Below, one piece after another: positions 48,301-64,000 of a stretch of 64,000 nt of DNA. How positions within the stretch are numbered: the first letter of the stretch is position 1; each line of letters starts with the position of its first letter. The stretch lies in assembly GCA_002269645.1 (NCBI GenBank), contig NIVC01003983.1:1-64000 (forward strand), written 5' to 3'. The notes below the pieces were generated by a model. The model searched no databases and was not told the origin of the DNA. It saw only the letters and a program-made list of their open reading frames with translations. A program made the position numbers and the translations under genes. The DNA is from Macrostomum lignano (Eukaryota).

Positions 48301-48622
48301 TTTACTGTTATGCAAGTTTACAGGTAGGGACAGTTTACTGTTATGCAAGTTCAATCTTGTGAAAAAATTGATCTCTTAAATGTTTAAATGGCACTTTAAG
48401 AAAGTTGTAAACTTTGCACTTTAAGAAAGTTGTAAACTTTGCACTTTAAGAAAGTTGTAAACTTTGCACTTTAAGAAAGTTGGTCCATAGGTTTCAGCTA
48501 TCGCATCCACTACTTCCACCGCAGGCACCCTAGTCACGGCCAGGTACATGACCTTCGACAAATATTGTCAACGATTCCCCGAGAAAGTTGACGAATTCAA
48601 AACTTTGCTTGGCAGCAACTGA
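36387..48622 (+). CDS. LEMD3: MAN1/LEMD3 inner nuclear membrane protein (LEM - 2 TM - winged helix - UHM/RRM), 5 exons, about 700 aa once five 1-bp gaps are corrected
   Basis: Exons 36387-36551 (LEM: LSDLQLREML..VPVGLIDGSTRQRYKNRL), 38318-39062 (TM1), 39511-40037 (TM2), 40624-41186 (GVPVDEVRAEL, WDRLRE..ERRILIEE, WQGSVL, PTQCLKLRGMW, EGFVY, HFFDG), 48525-48622 (GTLVTARYMTFDKYCQRFP). As assembled the frame is broken at about 38766, 38879, 39523, 40693 and 40809. Confidence 0.88.
36711..36887. mobile_element. Palindromic foldback/MITE-like element in MAN1 intron 1
   Basis: 36752-36788 pairs with 36818-36854 (35/37). Outer arms aacctagggattcac / gtgattccccaggtt. Flanks tataagtcc / aataagtcc (8/9) are a possible 9-bp TSD. 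Confidence 0.7.
39093..39345. repeat. 30-31-bp minisatellite, MAN1 intron 2
   Basis: Unit cccagatcctcagattggtcattctcaattc. Confidence 0.9.
40073..40590. repeat. 30-bp minisatellite, MAN1 intron 3
   Basis: Unit tccttatctttgatatgccgccttccccag, about 17 copies. Confidence 0.95.
42069..48351. repeat. 33-bp satellite, about 190 copies, 6.3 kb, in the last MAN1 intron
   Basis: Unit ttatgcaagtttacaggtagggacagtttactg (11-aa period in both 2103-aa pseudo-ORFs). Only substitutions, no indels. Confidence 0.98.
48392..48481. repeat. 25-bp repeat (about 3.5 copies) just upstream of the last MAN1 acceptor
   Basis: Unit ttgcactttaagaaagttgtaaact. Confidence 0.9.
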
Positions 48623-48954
48623 GCTAACATTTGGCTCTGTTTGACTATTGATTTGTTGCACATTATTTATTAGTAAAGTTATTACCTGTGTAGCCTAATG
48701 AGTGAGCTATTATTAATTGTTATTTTATGCAGCTAGCAGCCCAGTCCGTGCTGGGCGCAATCAACTTTTTTAATCTGTCCCTATTGTTGTTCTACTTTGC
48801 GCTCTAAATGTTGCTTAATGGTAATTTATGTACTCTATTGTCTGTATTTCTCATGTTTCCTGTTTAGGCCATTTTCTAATCATTTTCTGTTCTACAGCTG
48901 TTTCATTAGGCCTAAATATTTGGCCACTGTGCCGCCCAGCTACCCACCCAGCCA

Positions 48955-49140
48955 CTGCTGGTCCTCCGCTACTGGGCCTCCACTGCTGGTTCTCCACTGC
49001 TGATCCTCTAATACTGGTCCTCTAATACTGGTCCTCTAATGCTGGTCCTCTAATGCTGGTCCTCTAATGCTGGTCCTCTAATGCTGGTCCTCTAATGCTG
49101 GTCCTCCGCTACTGGTCCTCTAATACTGGTCCTCCACTAC
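48955..49140. repeat. 14-bp minisatellite (ctggtcctctaatg)n
   Basis: Direct reading. Confidence 0.88.
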
Positions 49141-49939
49141 TAGGCCGCTTCTGCTACCCACCCAGTCACCACTGGACCTTTAAGAATTGACAGTTCAAGT
49201 TGCCCGGGTCCGGAGTCGCTGTGCTCTATCTCATCTCCATCCCTCATCAATCTTTGCCCTTTGATTTTCTATCAGTCGATCTGTGCACACAATTATCTAT
49301 TGTCATCATCTATGAAAATATTGTTTTTAAGCCTCTTTTTATTACTGATAGTAGTATGTATAGCTTTTGCATTTTTATTGGTCAACTTTCTTGTGCGTCA
49401 TCTTTTTTCTATTCACTATTGGTCTCATAATTCAACGAAATCTATTTAATTAGCAGTTTTCTTCTCTCGGTAAGTTAAATTATTTTTTAATTTAATTGAT
49501 TCTGTTAAACGTACATTGGTTAGCTAATCCAACGGTGCCATCGCAAAATCGCAGAACCCGTTCGATGCAACCCCGTGACTCCCCTGTGGTGTTGCTCTCT
49601 ATTTTACTTTTTTTCTGTACTTCCCTGTCTGCTCTATTTTTATTGAAATTTTACTCGAACTTCGTGTAGCATCGTACTGCACTGTATGTCTATTTATTGC
49701 TGTCAATTGTAAGGTTGCACTAAACTAAATTAACTAATAAATATATAACTAATAAGTAAATATCACGCTAGTAAACTGGCGCTGTTTCTACTCCCCATGG
49801 ACCAGCCCATCAATTTCTATTGAGTGAGCTTAACAACTTTTAACTTTATATCCAAGCATGCATTGGGCCACGGGCCTGCCTGACCCTAACTCTCCCTTTG
49901 ATGCCTAGCCTACCAGCAACTTAGCAAATACTAGATATT

Positions 49940-51225
49940 AGCCATCTCAGCAATTCCCCCATCAGCCTTGGAATCTCAGCAATTCCCCCAGTGAGCCTTG
50001 GCATCTCAGCAATTCCCCCAGTGAGCCTTGGAATCTCAGCAATTCCCCCAGTGAGCCTTGGAATCCCAGCAATTCCCCCAGTGAGCCTTGGAATCCCAGC
50101 AATTCCCCCAGTGAGCCTTGGCATCTCAGCAATTCCCCCAGTGAGCCTTGGCATCTCAGCAATTCCCCCAGTGAGCCTTGGAATCTCAGCAATTCCCCCA
50201 GTGAGCCTTGGCATCTCAGCAATTCCCCCAGTGAGCCTTGGCATCTCAGCAATTCCCCCAGTGAGCATTGGCATCTCAGCAATTCCCCCAGTGAGCCTTG
50301 GAATCTCAGCAATTCCCCCCAGTGAGCCTTGGCATCTCAGCAATTCCCCCAGTGAGCCTTGGCATCTCAGCAATTCCCCCAGTGAGCCTTGGCATCTCAG
50401 CAATTCCCCCATCAGCCTTGGCATCTCAGCAATTCCCCCAGTGAGCCTTGGCATCTCAGCAATTCCCCCAGTGAGCCTTGGCATCTCAGCAATTCCCCCA
50501 GTGAGCCTTGGCATCTCAGCAATTCCCCCAGTGAGCATTGGCATCTCAGCAATTCCCCCAGTGAGCCTTGGAATCTCAGCAATTCCCCCAGTGAGCCTTG
50601 GCATCTCAGCAATTCCCCCAGTGAGCCTTGGCATCTCAGCAATTCCCCCAGTGAGCATTGGCATCTCAGCAATTCCCCAGTGAGCCTTGGAATCTCAGCA
50701 ATTCCCCCCAGTGAGCCTTGGCATCTCAGCAATTCCCCCAGTGAGCCTTGGCATCTCAGCAATTCCCCCAGTGAGCCTTGGCATCTCAGCAATTCCCCCA
50801 TCAGCCTTGGCATCTCAGCAATTCCCCCAGTGAGCCTTGGCATCTCAGCAATTCCCCCAGTGAGCCTTGGCATCTCAGCAATTCCCCCCAGTGAGCCTTG
50901 GCATCTCAGCAATTCCCCCAGTGAGCCTTGGCATCTCAGCAATTCCCCCATCAGCCTTGGAATCTCAGCGATTCTTTACGTGAGCCTTGGAATCTCAGCA
51001 ATTCCCCCAGTGAGCCTTGGAATCTCAGCAATTCCCCCATCAGCCTTGGAATCTCAGCAATTCCCCCATCAGCCTTGGAATCTCAGCGATTCTTTACGTG
51101 AGCCTTGGAATCTGAGCAAATTTCCACGTGTGCCTGGGCATCTCAGCGATTCTCCACGTGAGCCTTGGAATCTGAGCAAATTTCCACGTGAGCCTTGGCA
51201 TCTCAGCGATTCTCCACGTGAGCCA
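49940..51225. repeat. 30-bp minisatellite between MAN1 and Rh
   Basis: Unit gcaattcccccagtgagccttggcatctca, about 42 copies, degenerating to the right. Confidence 0.96.
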
Positions 51226-51838
51226 TGTCTCTTATGATTCTTAAGATTATTCTGAAAGTAATATTTTACACTTTTTAATCAATTCAACAATGGAGAATTT
51301 AAAAAAAACGTATCTACATACGAGCCAGCCATCTTGTAACTGCCAGACGTTTGGCTAGCAAGCCTAACCTAAACCCTAACGCTAACCTAAATCGTTGGCG
51401 ATTACACACTTATTGTAACGTGCGCAATGCCGTCTCAACGCCAACTGGTGACGCCCCTGGAGAGGTGCCGCACCTTGCAGTCCGCTGACCTGCAGGGTCT
51501 CAAATTATTGTTTTTTTTCGCAAAGAAAGGAATGAGTCGTTAGCGAGCATCGCTAATGAGTGGCTATGGAGACATAGTTCCCTCTTGAGCCTGTAATTCC
51601 TTAATTGCGCAGCGGTGGCTTATTGATCGGATGGGATAAATTTGGATCCGAATTATCAATAATAATTATGTCTGGGCGGGCTATAGCGATTCGATTTCTA
51701 AACGCGCCCGAAATTCCAGACTCCACGGGTGGTCGTTGGCCTCAATCTTAAGCGGCGACACCTGTCGCTGACCGGGATCTTTAGCTATAGGCGCCCCCCC
51801 AGCCTCTTAGTGACCTGTCGCGTCGCCAAGCTGTTGCC

Positions 51839-62404
<10,566 letters not shown>

Positions 62405-62939
62405 CACCAGCAACCAGCGGCGATTCAAAATAGAACTGCGACTGTTCAGCTGTCAGTAGTAAAATAGGCGTTTTCTCTTGTTTTTGTGTACTAGAATATG
62501 ACATAATTAAATGCCCTTTCGATAGATAGATACTAAAATAACTAGTGAATGAAGACGCTGTCGTCTTCAAAGGTGGGACGATGGTTTATTATTTGCTTAT
62601 TAACTTTTATGGCTTAAATTAAATTAAAAAAAAACTAAGAAGCTTCAAGTTGATTATAATTTAATTTAAACAAAGTTTAAGCAAAACTGTTTAAAAAAAT
62701 TAAGAAAAATACTTATGATGGTTTATTATGTCCATTATTGTTTATGGCTATGACCTATTTATTTAACCCAAATTAAGAACTAATTAAAACGCTATATCGT
62801 GTTTTTATATTTTACGGCTATACCGCATTTTCAATTTGATTTAAACAAAGTTTATACATAACTGTAGAAATATAATAATAAAAAATATTTTATTAGATTA
62901 CAAGAATATCCACTCTGCTGTTGTGTAGAAAGGGTTGTT

Positions 62940-63275
62940 AAGGCGGTTGTTGTTGTTTGTTGGTTGTAAAAGGGGTTGTTGTTGTTGGGGTTTTTGTTGT
63001 TGTTGGGTTGTTGTTGTTGTTGTTGGGGGTGGTTGTTGTTGGGGGTTTGCGTAACGTGGGGGCTGCCGCCCCCACACCCTCGCTCCCCCACCCCTCCCGC
63101 GCGTTGTTGTTGGGGAGGGTGGTTGTTGTTGGGGGTTTGCGTAACGTGGGGGCTGCCGCCCCCACACCCCGCTCCCCCACCCCTCCCGCGCGTTGTTGTT
63201 GGGGAGGGTGGTTGTTGTTGGGGGTTTGCGTATTGTGGGGGCTGCCGCCCCACACCCCCGCTCCCCCACCTAACC
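62940..63275. repeat. (GTT)n plus about 90-bp tandem repeat containing a GC stem-loop
   Basis: Units start at 63031, 63121 and 63210; each has GTGGGGGC-TGCC-GCCCCCAC (third copy one C short). Confidence 0.85.
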
Positions 63276-63547
63276 CCTCCGCAAATTTTCCCACCTCTAA
63301 CACATCTTTTTAGCACGCTAAAACTGCTTGTAAGCCTTCTTGCGACCACGCAACACATACTTGCCGATATGTATCGTAATACTCTTTCTGCACTAACAAA
63401 TCATCTGTGCCGCACTTTCAGCTTCACTTTTACTCTTTAATAAGGTATACAAGGAAAGGAAAATTAAACAATTAATATTAAATTATATTCAAGTGAAAGA
63501 GAATTGAAAATACTAATAAATCCGTTCCTGCTAAAAAAATTAATATA

Positions 63548-63630
63548 AAAAAACCTGGCTCACTTGGATTCGAACCCGGGTACATGCAGTTTACAAAGCA
63601 ACTGCCTTCGGCCCCGACCCATCTCTCGCT
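63548..63630 (-). pseudogene. tRNA-like remnant (tRNA pseudogene or SINE head)
   Basis: B box GGTTCGAATCC (63576-63566) followed by a T7 run on the minus strand; the cloverleaf stems do not pair well. Confidence 0.35.
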
Positions 63631-64000
63631 TAAGCGAAGCTCTACAGTGCACGCGCTTTATATCGAATATTCCGTATGTATGGTAGCCACTTATACGATT
63701 TTTGCTGCTTTTTCATACATTTCTGCTCACTGCATCGCAACGCTTCTACCTAAAAATACGAGTCGCATGTCGTTACAATCAAAACATCAAGGCGCATTCA
63801 TCTAATGCATTTTCAAACTATGTCAACAAATTTTTTCGGCTGCTAGGCGCCAAATTATGAATTTTTACCTGTTCTGACAGGTATTCAAACAGGTATTTAG
63901 ACCTGTTAACCTAAGAATCAGTTTTCAAAACTTATTTAGTTGCATAGTGCATCCATAATGCTGTTTTTAGACACCAAACTTGAGTCTCTAGGTCTCGCCA

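Noticed and set aside
42043-48379. Two 2103-aa ORFs on opposite strands
   Set aside because: They are translations of a 33-bp satellite that lacks stops in those frames. The region is the last intron of MAN1 and has no non-repetitive coding flanks.
51360-51390. Telomere-like cctaacctaaaccctaacgctaac
   Set aside because: Only one true CCCTAA is present; it is too short and degenerate to call an interstitial telomere.

Overview
This is eukaryotic (animal) genomic DNA with GC-rich exons and GT-AG introns inflated by tandem arrays. The style fits a free-living flatworm such as Macrostomum (inference only, not provable here). Five host genes can be reconstructed by hand: (1) the 3' end of a Ser/Thr kinase (+, 1-1373) with an aberrant DFFG motif and a frame break; (2) a complete 7-exon K+-dependent Na+/Ca2+ exchanger NCKX/SLC24 (-, 2342-8579); (3) a MAP7/ensconsin-like microtubule protein (-, about 12065-28473); (4) a MAN1/LEMD3 inner nuclear membrane gene (+, 36387-48622), whose last exon lies beyond a 6.3-kb 33-bp satellite and whose middle carries five apparent 1-bp deletions; (5) a complete 7-exon Rh50 ammonium transporter (+, 51839-62404). 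Rh intron 4 holds an intact, very young 4955-bp Ty3/Gypsy element with identical 200-bp LTRs, a CCAC target-site duplication, a tRNA-Leu primer site, and a G_GGA_AAC -1 frameshift site followed by a predicted pseudoknot. Also present are two tRNA-derived CORE-like SINEs, two or three MITE/foldback elements, a Tc1 remnant, and more than 25 unrelated tandem arrays (about 40% of the window). I found no clearly new biological system. The most interesting lead is that several intronic arrays are built from, or mimic, splice-site sequence, most strikingly about 190 sense-strand CAG|GTAGG units in the last MAN1 intron. All coordinates were counted by hand, so array ends are approximate.
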